Assembly (NCBI GenBank): GCA_034421515.1
Contig: DAOUKH010000019.1
Span: 14,794-78,793 of the forward strand
Reading direction: 5' to 3'
DNA: 64,000 nucleotides
Source of the DNA: Dehalococcoidia bacterium
Lineage (GTDB): Bacteria > Chloroflexota > Dehalococcoidia > SHYB01
Positions within the stretch are counted from its first letter, which is position 1. Every line of letters starts with the position of its first letter. Under the pieces are notes generated by a model. That model was not told the DNA's origin. It saw only the letters and a program-made list of their open reading frames with translations, and searched no databases. Positions 7,885 to 16,180 of the stretch are shown here, piece after piece. Made by a program: the position numbers and the translations under genes.

Positions 7885-9774
7885 TTGGAGACGTTTGCCG
7901 AATTACTGACCGCCTACATGGCCCGAACGGGCATCGGCGACGCCGAGTTGGCGCGCCGCATCCCGGTGAGCCGTCCGACCCTCATTCGATGGAAGGAGGG
8001 GGTGACGGCGCGGCCCCGCTACCGCGAAGACGTCGTCCGTTGCGCCGAGATCCTCCGGCTGACGGCGGAGGAGACCGACGAGATCCTGCTGGCGGCCGGA
8101 TTCTCGCCGGAGACGGTGCCGCCTCCGGGGGAGTCGCCGCCGACCGCTGAACCCGCGCCCAAGGCCGGCGCCACCCCGCGCCGGGCTCCGAGGCCATGGC
8201 GTCTCCGTGCTTTCGCGGTGGCGGTGCTTGCACTTGTTGCCGTAGGCGTCGTCGCTGTCACGTTCGGACTGCGGGACACCACGTTCTACCCCGCGGCGGT
8301 GGAAGGGGAGTCGCTGATCGTTACGGCGCCCTTCGTCAACTACACCGCGGGGGCACAGGGCTTCAATGTCGTCGGCCGTCTGCGGGCCGCGATCGACACC
8401 GAAATCCTTGAGGCGGGGCTCACCGCCGTCCGGACCGTCGAATGGCCCAAGGAGATAGACGGAGAGATGGCCGCCGAAGAGGCGAGCCGGAGGTCGAACG
8501 CGACGCTGGTGATCTGGGGCGAGTACGACAGCGGGCGCGTCATCGCGCGGTTCACCGGACCAACGGGCGGCTCCGAGCGCGACCGCCAGGTCGTGGACCT
8601 GACGTCCTCGCCCTCGGACCTCCCAACCACCATCAACGTTGGGCTGACCGGGGAGGTGCGCCACGTCGCCCTGCTCACTCTCGGGCAACTCTATCTGGAA
8701 CGGGACGAGTTCGATCGGGCGAAGAGCGTTTTTGTCCGAGCAATGGATCCCGCGACCTCGGATGCGGCAGCGCTGGCGAATCTCCGGTTCCAACTGGGAC
8801 GGGCCTACATGGGCGGGGAGTTTATCGACCTGGACGAGGCCATCTGGCTGTTCAACCAAGTCCTCAACGTCCAGCCGCAGTCGGTCGAGGTGCTCAACAA
8901 CCGCGCCGTCGCATTCCTGGACCGAGGCAGGCCAGGGGACTTCGATCTGGCGATTGACGATCTGCTGCGCGCAGCGAGCATTAAGCCCGACCGTGCCGCC
9001 ACGAGCCTCAACCTCGCCGTTGCGTACTTGGACCGCGGCGGGGAAGGAGATGCCGAGCGCGCCCTGGCCAGCCTCAACGCGGCACTGGCGGCGGAGCCGG
9101 ACTATGCCGCCGCCTTGGTCAACCGCGCCGGTGCCTATCTCGCGCGAGGGACGTCCGGCGACCTCGACCGGGCGTTCGACGACCTCGACCAGGCCCTGGA
9201 GATCGAACCGGATTTGGCCTCGGCGCATCTCAACCGGGCCATCGTCTACCTGGCCCGCGGCTCGACCGGCGATCTGGAACTGGCCGTTGTGGAGTTGGGG
9301 AGCGCCATTGCGCTGGACCCCGGCTCATCGGCGGCGTATTTCAATCGTGGCCTTGTCCATTCGGAGCTCAAGAACTGGAGCGAGTCGGTGGCCGACTTAC
9401 GCCGCGCCCAGGAGTTGAGTCCTCGCCGGCCGGAGTACAACGGAGCGCTGTGTCTGCAGTTGTCCGTGACTGGCGATCCGGCGGGGGCGCAGCCCTACTG
9501 CGAGCGGGCGGCGGAAGTCCAACCGGAAGGACTCGCCGGCGATGCCAGAGGTCTGGTCAATGCCCTCTTGGGCCGGACGGATGAGGCCATCGCCGACTTC
9601 GAAGCGTTCCTTGCCTGGGTGGAGGCTTCGCCGGACGATGCGTGCGGCCCCCGCTACAGCCCCACCCGGGCGTCGTGGGTCGAGGCTCTCAAAGCTGGCG
9701 AGAATCCGTTCGACGCAGCCACGCTGGAAGAGCTGCGTCCGAGGCCCGCGCTTCCCGGCGCCGTGCCCTGCTAG
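7885..9774 (+). CDS. membrane-anchored HTH (XRE-like) protein with TPR repeats
   Basis: TTG start. N-terminal HTH (TGIGDAELARRIPVSRPTLIRWKEG), a Pro-rich linker, one TM segment (AFAVAVLALVAVGVVAVTF), then about 8 TPR-like repeats (LNRA.AYL.RG...A..D...AL.L.P). Confidence 0.8.
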   Translation: METFAELLTAYMARTGIGDAELARRIPVSRPTLIRWKEGVTARPRYREDVVRCAEILRLTAEETDEILLAAGFSPETVPPPGESPPTAEPAPKAGATPRRAPRPWRLRAFAVAVLALVAVGVVAVTFGLRDTTFYPAAVEGESLIVTAPFVNYTAGAQGFNVVGRLRAAIDTEILEAGLTAVRTVEWPKEIDGEMAAEEASRRSNATLVIWGEYDSGRVIARFTGPTGGSERDRQVVDLTSSPSDLPTTINVGLTGEVRHVALLTLGQLYLERDEFDRAKSVFVRAMDPATSDAAALANLRFQLGRAYMGGEFIDLDEAIWLFNQVLNVQPQSVEVLNNRAVAFLDRGRPGDFDLAIDDLLRAASIKPDRAATSLNLAVAYLDRGGEGDAERALASLNAALAAEPDYAAALVNRAGAYLARGTSGDLDRAFDDLDQALEIEPDLASAHLNRAIVYLARGSTGDLELAVVELGSAIALDPGSSAAYFNRGLVHSELKNWSESVADLRRAQELSPRRPEYNGALCLQLSVTGDPAGAQPYCERAAEVQPEGLAGDARGLVNALLGRTDEAIADFEAFLAWVEASPDDACGPRYSPTRASWVEALKAGENPFDAATLEELRPRPALPGAVPC

Positions 9775-10202
9775 CGCGGGCTCGACCTGGACCGCAGCGC
9801 AGCGAGCCACAGCGCGTAGACGATGCCGATGGCCGGAATGGCCGCGAAGACGAGAGGGAGGCCCCAGTCGCCCTTGACGCTGCCTTGAGCGATCAGCACG
9901 GCGAAGACGAGGTCGGCGACTACCGTGGCGGCCAGGAGCGCCGCGACGGCTAAGGCTAGCGCCGCGGTGGGTCGAGCCGACACCGCTAACAGCACCAATG
10001 CGGCGGCGCTCAGCGGGTGAAGCAGGACAATCAGCACCCGCGACCAGACGTCGCCGCCGTCGGCGAATGCGCCCACCAGCGCGGTGAGCCCAGCGAAGCC
10101 TGCCTGGACTACGGCCAGCGCCAGCATCACCGTCCGGAAGGGCTTCATGCGCCGGGGCAGCGCGGCCGGCGCTGAGATCGGATGGTCTCCCGCGGCAGTC
10201 AT
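9771..10202 (-). CDS. small integral membrane protein, function unknown
   Basis: 143 aa with about four hydrophobic helices. A GAAGGGG ribosome-binding site precedes ATG 10202. Confidence 0.55.
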   Translation of the reverse strand: MTAAGDHPISAPAALPRRMKPFRTVMLALAVVQAGFAGLTALVGAFADGGDVWSRVLIVLLHPLSAAALVLLAVSARPTAALALAVAALLAATVVADLVFAVLIAQGSVKGDWGLPLVFAAIPAIGIVYALWLAALRSRSSPR

Positions 10203-10248
10203 CGCCCCTTCATCGTATCACCCGGGGGCTGGACGCGAGCGCGCTTGC

Positions 10249-11871
10249 CTAGTGCTCGCCCTTGGCGTCGAGGAGCATGAGGTCGAGCACGTCGCGGCTG
10301 GTGACCGTGCCCAAGAACGCGTTGCTCTCCCGGTCCACCACAGGGATGACCGTCAACGAGTGTTCCGTCATGCGCTGGAGCGCGTCCTCCAGGTGCTCGT
10401 CGGGATAGGCCTTCGGCAGGTCATGGATCATGACGTTCTCCAGTGGAGTTTGGGACCACTGGGTCTTGGGGAGGTAACGGAGCTTGCTGAGGGAGACGAT
10501 CCCCGCGAGGGCGCCGTGGTCGACGACGACGTAGTCCTGCTGATGGGGCACGGTCCAGCGGTCGGCGAAGCTTCGCACCGAGAGCGTCGACTCTGGGTAG
10601 TTCCACGACCGGTCCATGATGTCCTGGACGGTGGCGTCGTCGAGCGTGAAGCGGGCGAGGGAGGGCGGTATCGCCTCGGGCACGTCGCTCCTCTCCGGCG
10701 TCTTGGCCCGGTTGACGGCGAAGCTGATGAGGGGCGGCATAAACAAGATGTAGACGAACATGATCAGGACCAGCAGCGAGAAGACGGCCTGATCGATCAC
10801 GTGGGTTTCGAAGAGGACGAGGAGCAGGGCGATCTCGGCGACACCTTTCGCGAGCAGCCCCGTGGCCAGCGGGAAGGAGATGTCGAGCCGCGTCAAACTG
10901 GCCCCGATAAACGCGCCGACGAACTTCCCCGCAAGAGGGATCAAGACCAGCGCCACAATCGTCAAGGCGGGCAGCTCGGCAAACGCGAAGCTGAGGTGAA
11001 GGCCGGCAGAGGCGAAGAAGAGCGGGACGAAGAGACCTTCCGCCGTGCTCCGAATCCCCGGCATGACGGTTTGGCGCACCTGGTGAGGCAGCCCCGACAG
11101 TGCCGCGCCGAACAGCAGGGCTCCGATGGAGCCGTGCAGTCCGATCTCCTCGGCCCCTACCACAATCAGGAAGAGCCCGCCGAGTAGCAACCCGAAGGAG
11201 AGCTGGGGCACGCGCAGGACGCGCTGCAGGAGGAGCAGTATGCGCGGGACCACCCGCGTCGCCAGGAACCACGTCGCGACGGTGAACCCCACGATCTGCC
11301 CCAGGAGGACCAATACGCTGATTGCGCCCAGGTCCTCGGCGTGCTCGCCTATGGAGAAGCCCACGACGAGCAGGGCGAGCAGCTCGGCGATGATCACGGT
11401 GGTGAATAGCTGGATACCGAGCGGGTCCTTGAGGCGTCCCTCGTCGGCAAGCACCTTTGCCACGAGGCCAAGGCTCGATAGCGCCATGATTCCCGCCAGC
11501 GCCAACGCGTGATTGAAGTCGAGGTCGAGCCCGAAGTCGTGCAGGAGGTCGGAGGTGACGGCCAAGGCGGCAAGTAGCGAGATGACCACGGAGACGATCG
11601 CGGCGATGAAGAACCGGCCCCGCATCGCCGCCACGAACCCCGCAATGTCGATCTCGTCCAGGCCGATGAGGAAGAAGAAGACGAAGACGCCGATGCCCAG
11701 GAGGACATTGAGCTCGCTCGTCACCTCGACAAGTCCGGTGACCGGGCCGAGGATGACGCCGGTCACCGCGTAGGCGACGATCGCGTTCAGCTTGAATTGG
11801 CGAAAGACGCCCTCGGCGAGCTTTGCGACGACGATCAGCAGTCCTACGGAGAGCAGCGCCTCTTCGATCAT
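10249..11871 (-). CDS. cation:proton antiporter (CPA family) with C-terminal CBS pair
   Basis: 540 aa. The N-terminal roughly 380 aa are polytopic Na+/H+-exchanger-like. The C-terminus has CBS-type segments (VRSFADRW...VVVDHGALAGIVS; SLTVIPVVDRESNAFLGTVTSRDVL). Confidence 0.85.
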   Translation of the reverse strand: MIEEALLSVGLLIVVAKLAEGVFRQFKLNAIVAYAVTGVILGPVTGLVEVTSELNVLLGIGVFVFFFLIGLDEIDIAGFVAAMRGRFFIAAIVSVVISLLAALAVTSDLLHDFGLDLDFNHALALAGIMALSSLGLVAKVLADEGRLKDPLGIQLFTTVIIAELLALLVVGFSIGEHAEDLGAISVLVLLGQIVGFTVATWFLATRVVPRILLLLQRVLRVPQLSFGLLLGGLFLIVVGAEEIGLHGSIGALLFGAALSGLPHQVRQTVMPGIRSTAEGLFVPLFFASAGLHLSFAFAELPALTIVALVLIPLAGKFVGAFIGASLTRLDISFPLATGLLAKGVAEIALLLVLFETHVIDQAVFSLLVLIMFVYILFMPPLISFAVNRAKTPERSDVPEAIPPSLARFTLDDATVQDIMDRSWNYPESTLSVRSFADRWTVPHQQDYVVVDHGALAGIVSLSKLRYLPKTQWSQTPLENVMIHDLPKAYPDEHLEDALQRMTEHSLTVIPVVDRESNAFLGTVTSRDVLDLMLLDAKGEH

Positions 11872-12045
11872 GGCGGCGTCACCTACCGGCCTCTGCGGAC
11901 TGCTGGATTGTAAGGGTCGTCCTAGCCATCATTCCGAGAGTGAGCCTCTTCTGTGGTCGCGCCCGCAGGGGGCGCTAGTCTATCATGGGCCCACCAAGAG
12001 GCGGCAGAGGCGCAACGGAGCTGCAGCATTGGATGGGAAGGTGCC

Positions 12046-12273
12046 ATGAGCGACCCCGGATATCCCCCGCAGTATATGGTTCCCGTGACGCAGCCATACC
12101 ACTGGCGGGTAGACCCTCCTGGCTACGGAGGCCCGTCGTGGACGCATGGGGGGACGCTGGCGCCGTGCGCCGACGAAGCCTCGCGGCGTAACGCGGCCGC
12201 GGTCGACGCGCGCATGTCGGAGTGGACCTTCCCCGTCGAGCAGACGACGCGCCTGCCCCTAGACCGCGGCTAG
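12046..12273 (+). CDS. hypothetical small protein (75 aa)
   Basis: ATG 12046 follows GGGAAGG. GC3 is high. I recognise no family, and it could be noise. Confidence 0.3.
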   Translation: MSDPGYPPQYMVPVTQPYHWRVDPPGYGGPSWTHGGTLAPCADEASRRNAAAVDARMSEWTFPVEQTTRLPLDRG

Positions 12274-12286
12274 CCTGGCGAAGACC

Positions 12287-12964
12287 ATGGCGATCTATCT
12301 GCACGAAACGGTCGACGTCGTGCCCGGTATGGCCGACGAGTACTTCGAGGGTCTGGGACGGCTCTGGCTGCCCGTGGCCGCGAAGCGCGACCTCCGTTGC
12401 GTCGGGTTCTGGGCCACCGTGGGCACCACGGGCCGCTGGCCGGAGGCGATCGCGCTCTGGGAGATGGAAGACTGGGAGCACTACGCCCGGCTGCGCAAGT
12501 CCCAGTTCGTCGAGGGGGAAAAGGACGAACGGCTTGAGGAGTGGGTCAACAGTGCGTGGAAGTGGCGAACCGGAGGCTTCGACCGCATGCTGATTCCTGG
12601 CGAAGGCTCGCCGACCATCGCGGATCTGCGCCGGGACGGCGTCAAGGGCGGTGTCTTCCTGCATGAGATCGTCGAGGTGGCCCCGGGCCGGGTCGACGAG
12701 TACACCGCCCAGGTCATCTCCCGCTATCGGCCCATCGCCGAACGTCGCGGCATGCGGCTCGTTGGATCGTGGCGCTCGGCCTTCCGCAACACGGAGGCGG
12801 TCAACATTTGGACACTGCGCGACTGGGACCATTGGACTGAGCTCCGTGGCACCGCCTCCACGGATGCTGAAGTCCAGGCATGGATGCGGGACATGCGGGA
12901 GCTGCGCTCGGACTGGGTGCAGAAGCTGCTCACCCCCGTTGCGTGGAACCCGCTGCGGGGCTAG
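12287..12964 (+). CDS. NIPSNAP family protein (two tandem NIPSNAP-like halves)
   Basis: The two halves start alike: MAIYLHETVDVVPGMADEYFE... and GGVFLHEIVEVAPGRVDEYTA.... Each ends in a W.L.DW..W motif, which is the NIPSNAP dimeric alpha-beta barrel pattern. Confidence 0.7.
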   Translation: MAIYLHETVDVVPGMADEYFEGLGRLWLPVAAKRDLRCVGFWATVGTTGRWPEAIALWEMEDWEHYARLRKSQFVEGEKDERLEEWVNSAWKWRTGGFDRMLIPGEGSPTIADLRRDGVKGGVFLHEIVEVAPGRVDEYTAQVISRYRPIAERRGMRLVGSWRSAFRNTEAVNIWTLRDWDHWTELRGTASTDAEVQAWMRDMRELRSDWVQKLLTPVAWNPLRG

Positions 12965-12973
12965 GACCGCTCC

Positions 12974-13003
12974 TTGACACTTGTTCGAAACGCCGCCTAG
13001 ACT
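12974..13003 (+). promoter_or_regulatory. sigma70-type promoter, possibly producing a leaderless mRNA
   Basis: TTGACA (12974-12979), 18-nt spacer, TAGACT (12998-13003). The ATG of the next gene lies only 6 nt after the -10, and there is no ribosome-binding site. Confidence 0.4.
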
Positions 13004-13009
13004 CGCCGC

Positions 13010-14008
13010 ATGACGCCGCTCGAAGCCGAACGCCACACGTTCTCCGATTACGACAGCCTGCTCGACACGTACTACGAGAGGGGCTGGACCGATGGGATGC
13101 CCGTCGTCCCACCGACGCCGGAGAAGGTCGAGGAGTTCCTTGGCGTCGCCGGCCTCGCGCCCAACGAGGTGCTGGGCCACGTCCCCACTCGCGAGGTGAC
13201 GTGCACGGCGGAGCAGGCGGCCATCAACGCCGTCATGGCCGGATGCAGGCCGGAGTATTTTCCCGTGGTCGTCGCCGCGGTCCGGGCCCATCTTGAAGAG
13301 AAGGGGAACTGTCACAGCACGACGGGGACGCTCTCCGGCGCCTCTCAGTGTCTGATCATCAACGGCCCCATTCAGAGGGAGCTCGGCGTGGCGTCTCAGG
13401 CGGGATGCTTCGGCCCCGGCTTTCGCGCCAACGCCACGATTGGACGCGCGCTGCGCCTCGTGATACGCAACGTCTGCCGGGCCATCCCCGGCTTCCTCGA
13501 CCGCGCCAGCTTCTCCACGCCGGCGCGCTACTCCTTCTGCTTCGGCGAGGACGAAGAGGAGAGCCCATGGACCCCGCTCCACGTGGAGCGGGGCTTTCCC
13601 GCCGAGAGCAGCACGGCCACCGTCCACTCCGTGGTGAACATGACGGTCGCCTCGGACTCCCGGAGCCGCGACCCCGAGGGGGTCATGGACAGCATCATCA
13701 AAGAAGCACGGCTGCGCGGCGCTGGCGGCGACCGTTGGCTCGGCGAAGAGCTCAACGTCGTGATCGTCGTTGGGCCGGAGCACCGGCGCTACTTCGCCGA
13801 GGCGGGCATGTCGAAGGCCAACATGCGCGACTATCTCTTTCCGCGCCTGACCGCGCCGTCCGGCGAGACCGGGCGGCGTCTCAGGATGGGCAAACCGGAG
13901 AATATTCTGATCGTGTCGGCGGGCGGACCGGGGATGGCGGAGTCGTGGATTCTGCTGCCGCACCTCGCCCTCGCCATCACCAAGCAAATCGAGACGCCGG
14001 GGAGGTAG
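13010..14008 (+). CDS. conserved hypothetical protein (332 aa) co-transcribed with the candidate selenoprotein
   Basis: Clean high-GC3 ORF. Its stop, TAG 14006-14008, lies 2 nt before the next ATG. Cys-containing segments are present (NAVMAGCRPEYFP, GNCHSTTGT, SQCLIINGP, AGCFGPG). I cannot name a family. Confidence 0.75.
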   Translation: MTPLEAERHTFSDYDSLLDTYYERGWTDGMPVVPPTPEKVEEFLGVAGLAPNEVLGHVPTREVTCTAEQAAINAVMAGCRPEYFPVVVAAVRAHLEEKGNCHSTTGTLSGASQCLIINGPIQRELGVASQAGCFGPGFRANATIGRALRLVIRNVCRAIPGFLDRASFSTPARYSFCFGEDEEESPWTPLHVERGFPAESSTATVHSVVNMTVASDSRSRDPEGVMDSIIKEARLRGAGGDRWLGEELNVVIVVGPEHRRYFAEAGMSKANMRDYLFPRLTAPSGETGRRLRMGKPENILIVSAGGPGMAESWILLPHLALAITKQIETPGR

Positions 14009-14010
14009 GC

Positions 14011-14571
14011 ATGGCAGACCACGAAATCGTCGCACTCGATCCCACCAGCGGCCCGCTCGACCGCAAGGACCCGCGAGCCTTCCCCGACCGGCCCGAGACG
14101 CTCAACGGCGCCGTCGTCGGCCTGGTCGCCAACGGGCTCGGCGAGGGACAGAAGATGATGGACGCGCTCTACGAGGAGCTGGCCAAGGAAGCCGAGGTCG
14201 TCGGCGCGGTCCGCGTGCTCAAACGCAGCGTCTCCATTCCGCCCGACCCGCCGGACTGGGACCGGCTGCTCTCGGAGGTGACCGTCGCCATCACCGGGAT
14301 GGGCGGCTGAGGCTCCTGCAGTGCGCGCAGTATGCGCGACGCGATTGAGCTCGAATGGGCCGGCATCCCCAGCGTGGCGATCATCCACGAGGCCCTGGCC
14401 GGGTCGGCGGACTCCATGAAGCGCCTCAGCGGGGTCAAGGACTACGACTACGTCCAGGTCAAATACCCGCACATTCCGACGGCGGTGTGGACCGACGAAG
14501 AGGCGCGGAGCATCGCGAAGGACCTCGCGCCGAAGGTGATGGCGGCCCTTACCAGGGCAAACGGCGACTAG
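14011..14571 (+). CDS. candidate selenoprotein with U-G-S-C motif (TGA 14308-14310 read as Sec)
   Basis: ATG 14011 follows GGGGAGG. The same frame continues across a single TGA into ORF 14332..14571, giving ...ITGMGG-U-GSCSARSMRDAIELEW.... A hairpin begins 13 nt downstream of the TGA. The total is 186 codons. Confidence 0.7.
14324..14338 (+). promoter_or_regulatory. candidate bacterial SECIS hairpin
   Basis: CGCGCA-GTA-TGCGCG (5-6 bp GC stem, G/U in the apical loop), 13 nt 3' of the in-frame TGA. Confidence 0.4.
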
Positions 14572-14595
14572 GCTTCTCGTGACGTTAGGGTAGGG

Positions 14596-14683
14596 GAGCG
14601 GCGCCCTGCGCGCGGGGTGGGTGGTCCCCCCTCTTCTCCCTTGGGAGAAGATTGAGATGAGGGGCCCCCTGATCGCCGCCACA
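14596..14683. repeat. interspersed mosaic hairpin repeat, copy R1
   Basis: ...GGGGTGGGTGGTCCCCCCTCTTCTCCCTTGGGAGAAGATTGAGATGAGGGGCCCCCT... matches, in inverted orientation, the segment at about 43268-43350. Confidence 0.7.
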
Positions 14684-14719
14684 GGCCAATCGAGCCCGTT
14701 ACCTCGGCGGCCGGCGGCC

Positions 14720-15268
14720 CTACGGCAGCGTCCGTGTCAGCCGCTGGTCCTTGCCGCCACCGGCGACTAGCACGAGGTTGCGCAGGTAGAACGTCCAGCG
14801 GTCGAGGTGCCGCTCGTAGGCCTGCTGCCAGACGTCGCCCTGCCCGTAGCCCGAATGGATCAGAGTGAGGAGCGTGTAGTCGGGGCTGAGCGCCTCCCAC
14901 GACCACCGCGCCACCGTTGAGCCGTAGGCCCGGCGCACGGCGTCGTCGGCGAAGCTGTAGGCGATGCCGAAGGCGGGGTCGTAGCCCTGGACGGCCCCCT
15001 CGATGACCTCGCCGCTCTCGCGGAGCTCAATGCGGTAGCCGCGGCCGACCTCAGTGTCGAAGGACGCCGAACGCGCCAGCCACGCCTCGACACCCGTTTC
15101 CGTGGTGAGGAACTGCCGCGCCTTCGGAAGCGAAGCCGCCACCGTGACGGCGATGTGCAGCGAGTCGGGAACGTCTCGGAAAATCTCACCACCCCCCAAA
15201 GCAGGCCCGGAAATCGTTACCTGGAGGCCGGCCCGCCAAGGATATACCGCGGCGCGGAGGGCGGGCAA
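14720..15268 (-). CDS. SRPBCC/START-like (AHSA1-type) domain protein
   Basis: The reading frame is consistent and the C-terminal pattern W.WEAL....T.LTL.H.GY......W.....GW..YL..L is typical of Aha1/BPI-like SRPBCC proteins. The start is uncertain. Confidence 0.55.
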   Translation of the reverse strand: MPALRAAVYPWRAGLQVTISGPALGGGEIFRDVPDSLHIAVTVAASLPKARQFLTTETGVEAWLARSASFDTEVGRGYRIELRESGEVIEGAVQGYDPAFGIAYSFADDAVRRAYGSTVARWSWEALSPDYTLLTLIHSGYGQGDVWQQAYERHLDRWTFYLRNLVLVAGGGKDQRLTRTLP

Positions 15269-15397
15269 TAAAGGCCCCGGCAGCGGCCGCTCTTTCCGCG
15301 CTCGACACCCTCGGGGTCCTGCTCAAAGCCGGCTCCGGACATTCGCTGCCGTCCTAAAGATTAGGCTTGCGGAGGATCCTCCGGCCACCCACGCCGA

Positions 15398-16180
15398 CTA
15401 CACGTGCCAACGCGCTACGTACCCGCGCCGAACGGTGTCAAGGAACTTCAAGTACTCTTTGTCAACGTCGACGCCAAGGCTATTGGCTCTGTCGACTCGA
15501 GGCGGGTTCACATTGTCGATATGGACAGGGATGAGCAGCAAATAATCGAATCCTTCTTGATGAGTCAAATTGGGAGTCCGAGTGGGAAGACCTCGAAAGT
15601 GTTCGAGAGTCTTCTCAGCATCGTCGGCGCGATTCTCACTAACCGCGAGGGGGAAGTCGTCCCAAAGGGTTTCGTCTCCCGTCGCAAGACGCGGGAGGAC
15701 GCTCCGTTCAAACTCCCCTGGCCGGTTCCGGTAGACTTTTTTCACTTGGTCAGCCACGTTGAGGTATCGCCTGGCTGTGCCAATGAGAACAGTACCGAGA
15801 ACGATCGCCTCTCGCCTCCGCTGCTGCACCTCGGACCTGAAGTTGTCCAAGTCGCGGAACCGCTCCCCTTTGTTTCGATGGGCCGTCAGCACCGACTTGT
15901 TCTCCAAGCAAACGCGGACGCGACTCAAGTCTGGCGTATCCGCCGAGCCGTGTATCTCGCAAACGAGCAGATCTGCCCTGCGCTTCTGAAGGTCTGGCGC
16001 GGGTTGGTTCAACCACCAACCGACCTTCCCATGAGCATGATCGTCCCGGATTTCAGTGCATCGTGAGAGTAGATCCGACCAAATGCCCTTACAGAGGATA
16101 TCTGAGTGCTCGGCTTTTCGATGGTTGTGGTATCCGCGTTCACTAATCCGGCGGATGACATCATCGAAGGGCGTGTTCAA
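15398..16180 (-). CDS. putative type II restriction endonuclease (PD-(D/E)XK)
   Basis: 260 aa. The TTG start overlaps the methylase stop (TTGA). Candidate catalytic motif ...RADLLVCEIHG-x22-VCLENKS (D ... E-x-K). It lies in an AT-richer island. No family recognised. Confidence 0.6.
   Translation of the reverse strand: MNTPFDDVIRRISERGYHNHRKAEHSDILCKGIWSDLLSRCTEIRDDHAHGKVGWWLNQPAPDLQKRRADLLVCEIHGSADTPDLSRVRVCLENKSVLTAHRNKGERFRDLDNFRSEVQQRRREAIVLGTVLIGTARRYLNVADQVKKVYRNRPGEFERSVLPRLATGDETLWDDFPLAVSENRADDAEKTLEHFRGLPTRTPNLTHQEGFDYLLLIPVHIDNVNPPRVDRANSLGVDVDKEYLKFLDTVRRGYVARWHV

Noticed and set aside
11975-14035. 686-aa ORF on the - strand spanning three + strand genes
   Set aside because: It is a typical high-GC antisense shadow ORF. 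It is Arg/Gly/Pro/Ala-rich with no recognisable domain. It lies opposite well-supported genes (NIPSNAP and the 332-aa protein) that have proper starts and ribosome-binding sites.
14311-14331. Alternative reading of the TGA at 14308 as a true stop with two separate small genes, or as a pseudogene
   Set aside because: This is not fully excluded. I consider it less likely because the downstream ORF has no ribosome-binding site, the frames coincide, the stop falls exactly in a U-x-x-C context and a hairpin follows at SECIS distance.
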